Below are positions 13,003 through 26,744 of a DNA stretch of 64,000 nucleotides, in pieces; position 1 is the first letter of the stretch; every line of letters begins with the position of its first letter. Position numbers and translations under genes: made by a program. Under the pieces are notes generated by a model. That model was not told where the DNA came from and did no database searches. It saw only the letters and a program-made list of their open reading frames with translations. Source of the stretch: Harriotta raleighana (taxonomy: Eukaryota); the NCBI GenBank assembly GCA_050575255.1, contig JBNZDD010013704.1, forward strand, positions 4,432,941 through 4,496,940. Direction: 5' to 3'.

Positions 13003-13343
13003 CTGTAGCTCAGTAGTTAGAGCACTCGCCTCACAAGCGAGAGAACCTGGGTTTGATTCCCAGGCAGGGTGGACCGTTGGTAAGTTTCCTTACTCCACAC
13101 GCTTCTGTTCACTGACCAATGAGTAGTAACCAGTTTGTGATTCGATTGGCATATCGCTTTTCTGGAGGCAATCGTCCATTCAATAAAAAATAATAAATTG
13201 GGTCACTCAATCCATGAAGCAATTGGCTTCCACGTTACGCTCACAAAATATACACTTAGTTCCTTTTACAGTATATCCTGTGAAGCGTTTTGAGAAGTTT
13301 TGAAGATGTTATAAGATGCTAAATCAAATGAAAGGATTATTAT
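13003..13343 (+). mobile_element. tRNA(Val-like)-derived SINE, longer or older subfamily
   Basis: A box TAGCTCAGTAGTTAGAGC, B-box-like GGTTTGATTCC, the shared body and an (ATT)n tail. Confidence 0.8.
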
Positions 13344-13987
13344 ATATTTTGTTCTGATCCAAATGCAGAAGAGCAGCTTATGTCTGGCTCACCAACAAAT
13401 TGCATTTATATAGCGTCCTAAGGGCTTGCACGATTGCCAATGAGCCAGGCTGGTTGGTTTGTTATCAGTAAAGCCCTTGAGTAATGCAGACCCACCAGCC
13501 TCAGAAACTGGACGACTGGGACCACCATATTTCTGATATAGTGTTGCTAAGCACCTCACTTTAATGTCGGCTTACCTGCATACCTCCTTCTCCAAGAGGA
13601 ATCTTTGTTACACTTTAGACACTTGATGAATGTTTTATCGTCTGAAGTGCCTCTCGAAAGTGGTATGTGTGAGTTTCCTGCCATCCCATTTAGGTGTGGG
13701 CCGAGAGATGGTGCGGGGAATCCCATAGAAATGGTCACTTTTGCACAGTTCTACTGCTGATAGAAAATAGACATTCAGTGCAGCAGGTAATGTTTAAGGG
13801 TTCTGTGAATGAATGCAAAATATTTGTATTTTACAACATATTCAACAGTTTATATCTAATAGCTTAGTTAAGGTGGATAACATCTATGTACAGGTATAGA
13901 TTTTGTGTTGTCTCAAGGAATTTGATTTAATTGTATCCACAAGATTTTAAACGATCACTTTTTTCCCTCTGCTACCTCACTTCGCAG

Positions 13988-14200
13988 GTACTCCAGAGAA
14001 ACACCAACGATCCAGTTACACGCAAGCAACTGCTGGATGGATATGACATGATAATGAACCCTGAAAGAATGGGAGAACGATTCCAGTTTTTTGCTCTGTT
14101 GCCTCACTCAAGACTTGTCACTTCAGGAGGTGGCGAGAGGACAGAGAAACCTGTGGCAAGAGCACCACCTGTTGCTGGATTCAGTGAATTGCAATTCTGA
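13988..14200 (+). CDS. NDUFAF7: NDUFAF7 terminal coding exon VLQRNTNDPVTRKQLLDGYDMIMNPERMGERFQFFALLPHSRL...VAGFSELQF*
   Basis: ttcgcag acceptor and TGA stop at 14198-14200. MNP..MGERF.FFALLP and VAGFSEL match the NDUFAF7 C-terminus. Confidence 0.95.
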   Translation, partial: VLQRNTNDPVTRKQLLDGYDMIMNPERMGERFQFFALLPHSRLVTSGGGERTEKPVARAPPVAGFSELQF

Positions 14201-14229
14201 GAGGGCAGTTTAGGGATTAAATTCATAAT

Positions 14230-14240
14230 AATAAATTAAA
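14230..14240 (+). terminator. Candidate NDUFAF7 polyadenylation signals (overlapping AATAAA and ATTAAA)
   Basis: AATAAA at 14230-14235 and ATTAAA at 14235-14240, 30 nt after the stop codon. Usage is not shown by sequence alone. Confidence 0.45.
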
Positions 14241-15459
14241 TTCCCTTTACTGCCTGTACTCCACTGGAGTGAAACAAACTTGCAAGTTTGAGTTGAAGCG
14301 GGTGAAAAATATTGTGATCAAGTTTAGGATTCTCCACATTTGTCTTGGACTAAATGCCCAATCAGAACACAACATTAGAAATTGTTTTTTTTAAATTTAT
14401 GCCCCTTTTTCATTTAATTTTTTTTCTCCTTTCTCCTGTGCGGGTTTTTTTTTTACCCAAACGTCAATGATGTGTTTCCTCTCTTTTGACATTAAAACGT
14501 CAGATTTCTCACTGCAGTGTTTTACTTATACAGTGTACTGCTTTGCTCTTCCATATTTACCCCATACTTCAATCCAATGGAAGCAGATAACTTTAATCCA
14601 ATTGGAAATCACTTGAACAAATAGAAGCATAGCTTTGGAAGCTAAGTCAGAGTGGACAGATAAGACATTTAAATACATATACACACAATGTGTTTACTTC
14701 AAAATAAGCAAGACTTTAGTTGCAAGTTGAAGCTCTCCTTTGCTGTTGCAGTGGTGTATATTCAACCCTTGTCGAACGCGACTTTCGCGAGTAAAGATTC
14801 GCCTACAAGCGAATAAATAAATGTGCCACTTTTTTGCGTAATCACTTTTTTTGCTTATACTCGCTGGCTGGCCCCATGCGATTGTGCATTTGGGAGGACA
14901 CCAGCAGCTCCTGACTATGTCCGATGATTTCCCAGCTGGCTGGCCCTGCGAGCATGTGCATTTGGGAGGACGCCGGCCCCACACGCAATGCACTCTTGGG
15001 AGGATACCACCAGCTCCCCCTAAGTCTGATGATTCCTCAACCTCGGAGTGACCTGATGGCATTGCATGGGGGAACAGAGAGAGAGAGAGAGAAAGTCTCC
15101 TAACACTGCCAGGACCAAAAGTAAAATAATTTAGCTGTGGTAGTGTAAGATACTGTTTTATTGTCTCCAGTGAGTCAGTGAGAGCGGGGAGAGTGATGGG
15201 CGGAGAGGGCAGGCTAGTCGGCTGTAGCCCGCCTCAGTATGTACTTTGCATTGGTTGGATGTGGATGTGCCTGGAGCCTTGAGGTTGGATAACCTGTGGA
15301 TGGATTCCCCTAACCCCCTTTTTCCCATTACTTATTAAGCTTACCCAACGCGATTTTACCGAGTGCACTGTTTTCCAGGAATGTAACCCCGTAACAGGGC
15401 CAACTGTACTTTGTTTCTCCATTTGCTGAGAGAGGAGCCTCCTCTACTTGGGTTCACTG

Positions 15460-16135
15460 AACAGTCAGGGGTCAGGACCAGAGCATGGAGTGGTGGTGGG
15501 CAGGGTTGGGTTGAAAGAAGGCAGAGAGATAGGAGGGCGACTGAAGGAGAATCTTGAAGGAGGCAAAGGAGGAAGCGAGGCAAAGGGATCGTGGGATGGA
15601 GTTCCAGAGTGTGGGGACAGAAAGACAAAGTCCGGCTACCTATGGTAGGGCGGGAAACATGGAGCAGACCAGAGCCTGCTGAATGGGGGAGCGGATAGGT
15701 TGATAGGGAGACAGCAGGTCAGAGAGGTTAGAGGGAGCAAGGCCAAGGAGAGCCTTGAAGGTGAGGACGAGAAACTTGAATTCACTCCTCTGAGAGATGG
15801 GAAGCCAGGGGTGATGGGGTCGCAGAGCCTGAGGCGGGAGAGGACACAAGCTGCAGAGTTTTGGATAATCTGCAGCTTGTGGAGCGAAATGTTGGCAAGG
15901 ACGACAAGGAAGGAGTTGCCGGAGTTGACCCTTGATGTGACAAACACGTGTGTGTGAGTTTCCGCAGCCTGAGGGGTGAGGCAGTGACGGAGACGGGCAA
16001 TGTTGCGGAGGTGGTGGAAGGCTGTGCTGGTCATTGCACGGATATGGGGGAGAAAGGAAAGCTCAGGATCAAACAAGACACCCAGGTTCCTGACTGGCTT
16101 GGTGAGGTGGAGTGTGCATCCATGGATGCTACAAC
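15460..16135 (-). mobile_element. L2 LINE ORF2 3' fragment (frameshifted)
   Basis: ORF 15636..16175 reads KPVRNLGVLFDPELSFLPHI...FHHLRNIARLR...KLQIIQNSAA. Confidence 0.9.
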
Positions 16136-16399
16136 AACCATAAGCCTTAATCGCACATGCTTGAGTTGCATTCATATTGAGTAGAGGGCTGTTTTTCTAT
16201 CTTGGTGGATTACGTAGCCATTTCGTTCCCAAGGATATGTTTAACTGCATGTGTTTCTGAATTCTCGAGGAAAATGTTTGGTTTGTGCTTCGCTGTAAAA
16301 AATATTTCTGTCCACATAGTGGATATCGTTACCCTGAGCAAGACGCCCACTTGTAATTATGACAACAAAATTGATACAGCTTGAAAATTCACTTGAGAG

Positions 16400-16405
16400 T
16401 TTAAT
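16400..16405 (-). terminator. Candidate distal PRKD3 polyadenylation signal (ATTAAA)
   Basis: Minus strand reads TTTTTGTATA...ATTAAA...TTTTCAA followed by T/GT-rich TTTTGTTGTC. It sits at the edge of a long repeat-poor AT-rich tract. Confidence 0.35.
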
Positions 16406-19400
16406 TGAACTAAGTACTAAAATATACAAAAACACTTTTCTACAAGACTCCTGCCAAGCCAGTGGCAACACCGAAGATGTAACAATTCTCAGGAACAGCC
16501 TGTGAATATTTAACTAACAGTTATAAACTGGTCTTTTTTTGTGCTGTTGTTTAAAAGTTCCTCAATTTCCATCATATTTCACAACAACAAGTGTGGACGA
16601 CAGCAACTACACTGAGCAGGTAAAGTGCAGTGTAAATATGCCGCAGAGCCCTTATTTAAACCACCTCCAGTATCTTGAGAATATGCAGCACAGAGAGCTG
16701 TGCATTGAAAAAGAAAACGACCATTGAATTATTTATCACAGAAGCAAAACACACAAAAGGCAACAAATACTGTAGGACAAGCCAATGTGTAAAAAAAAGG
16801 AACAAAATATATTAGTTTTGCCTTCCGTTATTTAGCATTGAACTGCAATTTGTTTTTTGGAGAAGGTTAGTAAAACAAAGGCTTGTAGTTATGTTCTGCT
16901 CTATAATCTGTACCAGGAGTCCATGTATGGATCACAAATAAACATAACAGATACATATCTCAAGCCATGCTGAGAGCACGATTGCTTTTACTGATATGAT
17001 TTGCTTTAAATCTTTTACCCCTCTGGTGTATTCTCAGGAATTTTTCAGTCAGTTGCACAATATGATGTATCTACATTCCTTTTTTTTTGTGCATAGGATG
17101 AGCCAAGGGATCCTCAAATGTTCCATGCACAATGTTCACACAAATATGTTAAAATTGTTATTCAAGACCAACGTAAATATAGAAAACGTTTTACCAGATT
17201 CAGTATCAAAGGCACACGTTAATACATTATCGATTTAATTGTATATTCCCTCCCCACAATTTTTTTTTAACAGAGCTGTTTAATAACTAAAGAGATGAAT
17301 ATTACACCTAAAATGGTGTATTATTATTTTACTATTGTGCTGGACATCCCACCTTCTACTTTAAGTATGTGATGCTTCAAAGAAATTGGAACATGTGCAT
17401 CAAGATTGGAAGCAGCTTTTGGTCATGTAATTAGGAATGCAGAACTGAGAACCATTGTGAGTTCAATAGACTGAGAAATAGTCACCATGGATTAACAAGA
17501 TTAACAGACCAAATCTAACATTCAGCATTGTCTTGAGGAAAATAACATGAAAACAGAAGGGGAAACTATCATGTAGGTTATGGAATGCAAATACTGTACT
17601 TTTGATTGTGACCAACATTAGCAACCATTCAGCTTTGTGAGTTTAAGAGATTTCCCTAAATCAAGATAAATATAGTTCAGAGGAAGGGAATTTATTGTAA
17701 TTTCACATTGTTTCAAGCAGAAATGTGATGAGTTTAATAGCTTTAATAGCTTATGGTTGCTCGGTCCCAGGTATTACAACTACCATTGGGCAGAAGATGA
17801 AGGATTCACACACTGAGTAGAATTTATACAATATGGTTTGAATGTTAAAAAAAAAGATATACACCTTTCAATTACACTTAACTCAAGTTTGTTTTTCAAC
17901 CAACTAAACAAGACCACAATCCAGATATTGGTACATTTGGACATCCCTAGCCATAAAACAATACTGTCGTAATCTTGGTTTCTGGGGATATTTTGAATCT
18001 TTAAAACAGACTCTAAACATCTTTCCATTACCAAAATTGCACTTAAAATCAAAGCAAACAAAGAAGAAAACAAGCCTCAACACATACAAATTACAAAGGC
18101 AAAACTGTTTAAGATGTGTATGTGTGTGTGTGCATTTGTGTGTTTTGTACATACATTATTCCACTCCTTTACATTATCTTCCAGTCTGGAGTGCATAGTT
18201 TCATTTGTCCGGCAATACTCAATTGTAAATAATACATCACAGACTCGACTCATATTAAATACTGTTATACAGAAACAAAACAGACTAAAACTAAAGCAAT
18301 ACAATGATTTCTCCACCCACACTTGAAACTCCACTTATTCAGCTTCATAGGCAGCAAGTTTGCAAACTGCAAACAAAAATATCCAAAAAGAAATGACAAA
18401 GGAGTAAAGTTAATATCTCAGGCAACCATCTCTTCCTAGCTAGTGTGTTTAAATCTCTTGAGCCAGCAGGCACACTATTCAAATAGCAAAACAGCTCAAA
18501 ACAAGCAATGCTTAAAACGTAGAAGTCCTGTGCTTTTGTGCAATACCCAGACATACAGCTTAGGAAATGTTTACAGTGTTTAAAATGCTTGTTTGAAGGG
18601 AGAGAGAGAGAGAGAAGGGGGAGCTTTGGGATAGAATCAGCTTAATCTGCACTCGTTGTTCTAGCTTCCCGATATTCGGTTACACCAATGCTTCAAAATC
18701 ATACCGACAAAAAAACGACGGGAAATATTCTATCTTCATGAGGCACACAACAGAACTCTTTCCTTTTATGACACACTTACAATAACAGAACTGCAGCACT
18801 CACAGCAAATATTATGAATAATATTCTATGCTAATTCATCCAGAGGAGCGAGAAGGGGGAGCACAAGAGAGTGAAAACTTTTTAAATTGCAAATCAGGCT
18901 GGCTGAAAAGACTGAAGTAGGAACATCACACATTAGATTGTGTTGGCACATAAATATTTGCGAGCAATAATATTCGCAAACTAGATTTGTTGTATTTGCA
19001 AAGTTCACTGTCTGTAAACTGTGAATTGGCAAAGTTCAATTAAAAAGTCTGTGAGAATTGCTTTTTGAAAATCAGGCATTCTAACTGGAACAAAACCAGT
19101 TTGCGAATATTTCAAATTAAATATTAATCTCCTCAAACTGGCACGTGGTTTGAATTACAATAAATGCTTTAGAATTTGATTTCAAATCCAAAGAATTTAT
19201 TCCGCTTATTTTCAGTCTTGGAAAGTTTATCAAACATTTTATGTTTCTATGAATGATTGTGATGTAAAATGCATTAAAAAAAAACCATCTATACGTATAT
19301 GACACTGATCTCTTCCAGAACTTCCTCTCTCTCCCCCACACAAAAAAAGTCCAATACCTTTTTTAAATAAAAAAAAGTACCAAGTTAGAAATTGTTACCA

Positions 19401-19779
19401 ACAACATGGTGTTTTGGAATGCATTTCAGAGAGAAATAGGTCACAAAATAAAACTAAACTATATTTTCTGTAAAGTCAATGTATTTTTGGAATGTGCTCA
19501 AGATTTATCCAGTTAAATTCTAATGGAAATAAAAAAACAAAGTGTAGGAGAGAATTCATATCATGCAACACTTTCAAACAATATTTTGGTTGTAGTGCAT
19601 GTTATAACAGACTTCACCGAGTGTTGTTTGTTCATCAAGTGGAGAGAGACAGAATTCTGAAAAATATTAATTCTACCATCTGACTGTCCAGCACCTTGGG
19701 AGATCCTTCTGATATGAAAGGTGCAGTACAAATGCAGTTTTGTATTGTTGTATTGTACAAACATCATCTAACAGCTAAG

Positions 19780-20020
19780 AGAGAGCCGCATGCTTTGTGC
19801 TCCCGCCCAATCTGCTCCTCTGTGGACAGGGGATCTTTCAGCCTTTGGAATCGTTCTCTGGAATCCATCCCGGAGCCCTCCGCCTCTCCCCAGCTCTCCA
19901 CTTTTAAAGTCTGTCCTAAGACCTATCTTTTCCACCGCACTTTTGGTCTTGCCCCCGTCCCCCCCAGTACCTGCTGAGCAGTGTGAAGCATTTAGAGGCT
20001 TCCTCTCGACATGTAAATTG
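19780..20020 (+). mobile_element. Old L2 3' fragment
   Basis: Remnants translate as LWN and STFKVCPKTYLF, followed by a tail. Confidence 0.6.
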
Positions 20021-21482
20021 ATCTGGCCATATGGACACACAGATATCTGCAATGCTTTTTAAAAAAACAATCATTGGTATTTAAACACTTAATCTTTCAA
20101 TCATCACATTTCTATAAAAATCACATAAAACTTCTTATTTGCAAATTGTCTTCTATCTTGTGCTGCATGACCTTGGTATCTCTAGAAGGACAGGCACCTG
20201 ACCTGCTCTCAGACACGCTGATACCCCAAGTCTGGCTGACAGGAGCCGCCAAGAAACGCACAGTTTTGATTTTATCCTGAAAATGTCTTTCCAATTCTTT
20301 TTAGTGAGAGATGATCCAGTCTGCATTTTTCACTTTCCAACTGAACATAGTTAATAATAAGCAGAGACCACATGTACATTTGGTACAAAGCATTCATGCT
20401 CTAAAGAATCAGTTAAATCAGATCAGAGTAGAAAGGTACATTAGATGTTAAAAATTGATTTGTACTATTTGGGAATGGCCCGTTTCCTGCAAATGCATTA
20501 GCGTCACCTAAAATATACCATTAAAGTGATCCTTTATTACCAGTGTCTTGTGATGGATGAAAGAAAATTGATGTACAAATATTAAATATGTATTTTGCAG
20601 GATTGTAATTTCAGTAGAAGCTGTATCCTCAGTCACAATGTCATCCATCTCTTCCCTGTAATTTGTCCTCCTGACTTCAATACAGCATCTCTGGCAATGA
20701 ATAATTTTGAACAGCACTGTGGGATTTAAGATGCTCAGCTAAACTTGCTCTTGGTTCTGCTTTACCCAGACCTGGACACATTAAATCGGTTGCTATGTTT
20801 GCAGTAAGAATGGACACCCTTGTATTACACATTTTAAAAATCCATTGCTTTTACCAAAAATAAATTGTTTCCAACCTCTTTTAGAGGTTTCCCCTGATAG
20901 ATATCTTTTTTGCTGATGACGCACAGACAATTTTCTGGTAGAAATATTGCAACACGGAAACTGCTTTGTTTTTTCCAAAGGAAATTCAAGGATTTAGAAA
21001 AGTCACTCAATTTGTGGGGCAGAATAGGGGCGGAGGGAAAGCGACCAGATTTGAAAATTAAAACCACATAGGAGATTATTTAATGTCAAATGGTCATCAT
21101 TAGAAAATGGGTTGATTGATATTTACATTGCAGTGCACAGGGAAAGGCCTGTAAGATTTTTTAAAAAATACTACGTAAAGAAGGAGATCTTTCGTTATCC
21201 TTCCAAGTACGTAGTCTGTTTTGTGCAAGTTATGCAATTTCTCCTTTGTGAATGCTTTTCATTCGTTTAGACGCGACTTGTATTTGAAAAGTCAGCATTC
21301 CTTCTACTGGCATCAGCAGGGCTCAGTTTGAACACAATAAAAAATAACATATGCACAGCATACATTTTAACTAAATTTTACCTCATCAATGTACTGTAGA
21401 TCCATGCCGTACCATGAGGCCAAACCTTTCTGGGAACCCTAAAAGCTTAGTCTGTTTCTTCCCCAATCTTTCCCACCACCCA

Positions 21483-21487
<5 letters not shown>

Positions 21488-21513
<26 letters not shown>
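21488..21513. repeat. (CA)n microsatellite
   Basis: Read directly. Other microsatellites include (TG)n near 4563-4581, (GA)n near 15076-15092 and (TA)n near 63207-63242. Confidence 0.9.
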
Positions 21514-23066
21514 TCAACTGGGCCAGAGTTTAGCTACACTTTATGCCAAAGATGGTGGAATTTTTATTCAATTTTAGGGTAGAATGGTATCATAGATTCT
21601 GCATGCCTTGGTGCATTACTGGCAACCTCAGCATACAGCTCGCCTGTCCACTCACAACGCTGCTATGTTGTTTGAAGAGTGGGGATGACCAAAGAACATG
21701 CACACAAGTGTTACGCATGGGAACCTCGCTACCTGGCTTAGAACGGCTGCTTTATTTTCTATTGAATGAGAAAAATATTGAACGCAGGAGGCTGTGTAAA
21801 TTGGGCAAAAATGAGAAGATGGAGTTTGCATCAGCAGTTGTGCAGATGCCATATGAATGCAAGTCTCACATTGTTACCAACTTTGGCAACACCACTGCTC
21901 TTTTGGCCTTGGTTCAAAGAGAGATTTCAAAGTTGTAGCTTAGTCAGCAATATAATACTTGAACTCAGGAAATGAACTACAGTCCACCCATCTATCACCG
22001 CTCCCTCCAAAAATTATATGTAGTTTACTCTTCTCCCCTGCCTTTACTCGGGAGTGAGAAGTTCTGCTTTCATCTGGCTTTCGGCTTGCAGTCATCCTTT
22101 TCCTGATCTTTTCAGTAGTCTATACTGAAAGACACTATTTCACTTAACCTAAATAGAAGTTACTTACATCTCATTCCAAGCAGCTTACCAACAACTACAC
22201 TTATGAGTACAGAGACCAAACACCAATCTGAGCATGTTATATTCCATCACTTGGAGGAAAAGATACACTGTACTTTTTAAACTCACAAGCAGGAACCATT
22301 TGGTGACTCAATTTCAATGCCTTTCAAATCCAATCAAAAAAATCTTTCAGAAGCCATTCTTACATATCAGAAAGTTAACACCAACTCAGCACATGGCAGT
22401 TTCCTCCCCGGCCCCCTCCCCCAGACCAGGCCACAAAGCAGGACATGTGAAGAGAATCAAACACATATACTTTACATACAAAACAAAATATTCAACCTGA
22501 AAGCCCACAACCAAGCTTGAGCTTACAAAATTTTGCAAGAGAGAACCAAAGTGCCCCTCAGAATTGAATTGGGTCTGAGCACTAGCCCTTGTTTCTAAGT
22601 GGACAGAATTTGCTCTCAGTAACTTCCCGTCCCCTACACAGTTGTCTTATAAAATGAAAAATAGATTGTCTGATCTAGTTCTGCATTTAGTAAACATGCA
22701 AATGTATGGCTTGGTACACAGTGACTAATTACCAGAGAGGTACACGGATAGTATTAAACCAGCTAAATACTATAAAAGGAATGTTTCATTTAAAATCAGA
22801 AGCTCACAGCATTCGGTTTTCCTCTTTTACCCACAAACACTGGTCACCAAGTCCACACCTGTGTAGCTGACGCATGCTACAAGGCTGGCACTGCCACCAC
22901 TTGCACCATTTGTTTCCATTGTCCTATGGTCAGATGCGCTAGGCTGAGCAGTATCGAACTGGCTTTGGCTGCGCTATACAGCAAGCAGCAACAAGTCATG
23001 GCTTCCTTTTCCCCTTTGGAAATGTGTTTTTAACATCAGTGCCATCATATCAGTCACTTGTGCTGT

Positions 23067-23240
23067 TTATGGGTCTTCCTCCATGTCATCTAGATTGGGC
23101 GCCATGATGAAGTGCTTGGGGTACTGGAGCTTGTGTTCCGTAGCATATTCTTCCCATCGGGTGTCATCGCTCTCGTGCGTGATGTAACGCTCTCCTTGCC
23201 TGGTCTCAAACTCTCGAAGGTCCAACCATGTCTGGTAATC
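23067..23240 (-). CDS. PRKD3: PRKD3 terminal exon [57 protein letters not shown]
   Basis: cacag acceptor; 174 nt including TAA. The C-terminus [16 protein letters not shown] is diagnostic of PKD3 and lacks the PDZ-binding tail of PKD1/2. Confidence 0.97.
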   Translation of the reverse strand, partial: DYQTWLDLREFETRQGERYITHESDDTRWEEYATEHKLQYPKHFIMAPNLDDMEEDP

Positions 23241-23399
23241 CTGTGAGCATAAGGGACAACTTTTAAAGTATGTGGATTTTTTATAGCACAATGTATGTGA
23301 AAACTTCTCAAGGAACTTTAAGGTGATTATTGTCCAGTGCAACAACTGCACGTTCAGCAAACAATTTGCACACAATCAACCATAAACCAATGACTACTC

Positions 23400-23970
23400 C
23401 GCCAGCCCACTGTGAGAATTTCTCTTTTCTTTTCAAATCATGTCATAGGTTCTTAATTTACAAATATTGTACCAACTTTTAGTGCCCACCTGAGAAGCAG
23501 TCAGAACAAAGGTTTAACATTTTCTCTGAAGGACAGAAGTTCCAACACAGTATTGTAGTTTCAGCCTGGACATGAGATCCTGAGACTTTAAACCCATGCA
23601 ACATCCAGCAGTCAACAAGTGCGCTCTGGGCTGCTTCACGTCCCCCGCCTCGCCCACCCCACCATTGGCTGGCGGGCCTTCAGCCACTCTGCCCCCACCT
23701 TCTGGAACATCCCACCGCCCCTCCATCTCTCCCTCTCCCTTAGCTCTTTCAAGACCATCTCAAGATCCTCCTCTTCAGGCCATCCCTTCGATCACTCTCC
23801 TTCTCCCACTGCCCTTCTCCTTCCCCGACCCCCAGCTTGGGTCCAAAACTCTGATTCTCCAGTGCCCCGAAGTAAAAGGTGCTACACAAATGTAATTTTG
23901 TTGTTGTTGTTGTTGTTGTTGTAACCTTCCCACCTAAAGGCAAGAGTTTTACCAACTGAACCAAACTGAG
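23400..23970. mobile_element. DeuSINE relic (-) with an L2 3' fragment (+, about 23600-23921) inserted in its tRNA head
   Basis: SINE head tttaaaccca|...|aaccttcccacctaaaggcaagag is split by an L2 piece (RAFSHSAPTFWN) ending in (GTT)n. Confidence 0.65.
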
Positions 23971-24062
23971 ACCTGATTTAATAGAGAAAAGCAGGAATAA
24001 TATTATTACTTACTGGAAACTAAAACCTACTTAATGGAAGATTTTAGCAATGAAAACATTAT

Positions 24063-24282
24063 CAGCGCCTTGGGACGTCCTCCTGACGTGAAACGCGCTC
24101 TATAAATGTAATTTTGTTGTTGTTGTTGTTGTTGTTGTATTTCCTTGATGTTTTGGGACAGATTATTATTAGATGTGTGGAGTAAGGAAACTTGCCCAAG
24201 GTTTCGCCCTGACCGGCCTGGATTCGAAACACAGGTCTCATGCTTGTAAGGTGAGTGCTCTAACCACTGAACTACAGGACTG
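24063..24282. mobile_element. L2 tail (+, 24063-24138) and SINE family A head (-, about 24165-24282)
   Basis: cagcgccttgggacgtcctcctgacgtgaaa...(GTT)n, then a tRNA-like head on the minus strand. Confidence 0.75.
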
Positions 24283-24854
24283 CGCCATACAGTGAGATGC
24301 TCACATTTAGTCCAAAACTTGATAGGATTTTCTAGAAATATCATTGCATCAGTTTTGAGATTTGCTTCCCCAAAGATTAAATAAATTGAAAATCTGGATA
24401 AACTCGCTAAGTAATACTCCCAAATTTAAGGCATAATAGTAAGTGGAAGGGACTTTTATTTGACAGAAATGTCAGTTTTATTTTTGGTCAAAATAAATTA
24501 TCTAGTACAAAACAGGAGGCTAGCAACCCCTACACTATAACTATGTTTATTAGGGTGAATAATCCATTCTGTATATTTCTTTTAACAATCATAAAGTTAA
24601 ATATACATTAATAAAGTTAAGATTGTTCAGAAAGATAATTTGCATATAGTGTGTCAAGCTAGACTATTGAGTTCCTTAGAACTCAACCCAGAGCATACTG
24701 CATCAAATTCACTTTTAGAAGTAGCGATTCTCTCATATGAATACGGTACTGTATTTGGAGATTGAACTGGCGGCATAATATGATTCCATTAAAAAACAAT
24801 ATTATTCTACACCGGTTTACTTTACATACTAAGCTAAAGTAATCAAATGTTTCA

Positions 24855-25349
<495 letters not shown>

Positions 25350-25859
25350 TTACTAATGATGTACGTAGACCTCAAACTCAAGTTATGAAAGATCAAAATT
25401 AGGCCTAAATGGTTGTCAATATTTTCTAATAGTGACCCTCAATACTGCAACCACTGCTTTTCATGTTAAATTACTTATGGATGCAAATGTCATTCGAGGA
25501 GAATTATAGATGCAAGAAAATTTCGCTTAGAAAAGTGATTGTTCACATTCAAAAACAGTCATTATGCTTTACAGTAAAATTCTGTAAAGATGAAGAGTTA
25601 TAAGACATTGCAACCATGTGATAAGACACTATATTAAATTTAAGGATTATAGGTTATGAACCAAAAAGTTGAAACCAGAAAAAGGGGGTCAGAAAGTGGA
25701 ATTTAAAGCAATGTGGAAACTGTTTCATCTTAAGTTTTATGAATTTCATGGTTCAAAATCTCTAAGAAATTAAGATTCATTTTATCATATTCTGACTTCC
25801 CTGGAATAAATCCCATCTGTTAATCTACCAACTCTTAATTAATATGGTATAATAATATT

Positions 25860-26040
25860 GTAATAATAATCCTTGCATTGTCTTCTAGACATCTCAAAAC
25901 GCTTCACAGAATATACTGTAAAGTGAATTGACTGTATAGTTGTGGACAAAACGCGACACTCAATTGCACATAGCACAAACAGTCATGCATTGAAACTACC
26001 AATTTTATTATTGTGGTTTTTTTGGAGGGATTATTAGGTG
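25860..26040 (-). mobile_element. SINE family A, 3' part
   Basis: Shared core and tail. Confidence 0.75.
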
Positions 26041-26170
26041 CACATTACATTAACAGAACCATCAAGGCATGACAGAGCAACAGTTCACACATCCCAAACC
26101 ATTCTCATGCTTGCAATAATTAATTAAAAGTTCAACAGTACCGGTAATTCTTGTGCAGCAAAAGCCATCA

Positions 26171-26443
<273 letters not shown>

Positions 26444-26744
26444 CTAAAGGAAAATAATCAGACGTTTATCGAAAGGAAGTTGATATCGAACATTCATCTA
26501 AGAAATGCGTCAATAGTGAATTATATTGATCAGTGAGGTGTGATAAGTGGCTGCTTTCTTGCAGTTATTAATTTTGCAAATAGGAAGCAAGGCTGGTAAT
26601 ATATCCCCTTTCCCCTCTACCTCCTCAACTGTTTTTCTCTGAGCACTGTGAAGCTCTGAAGTGTTGATTCTTTCAAACATAAATGAGGAAATCACATTAG
26701 GGGATAACATTCCTCAGTTATGAGGGGCTAAAGAAGCCATATAC

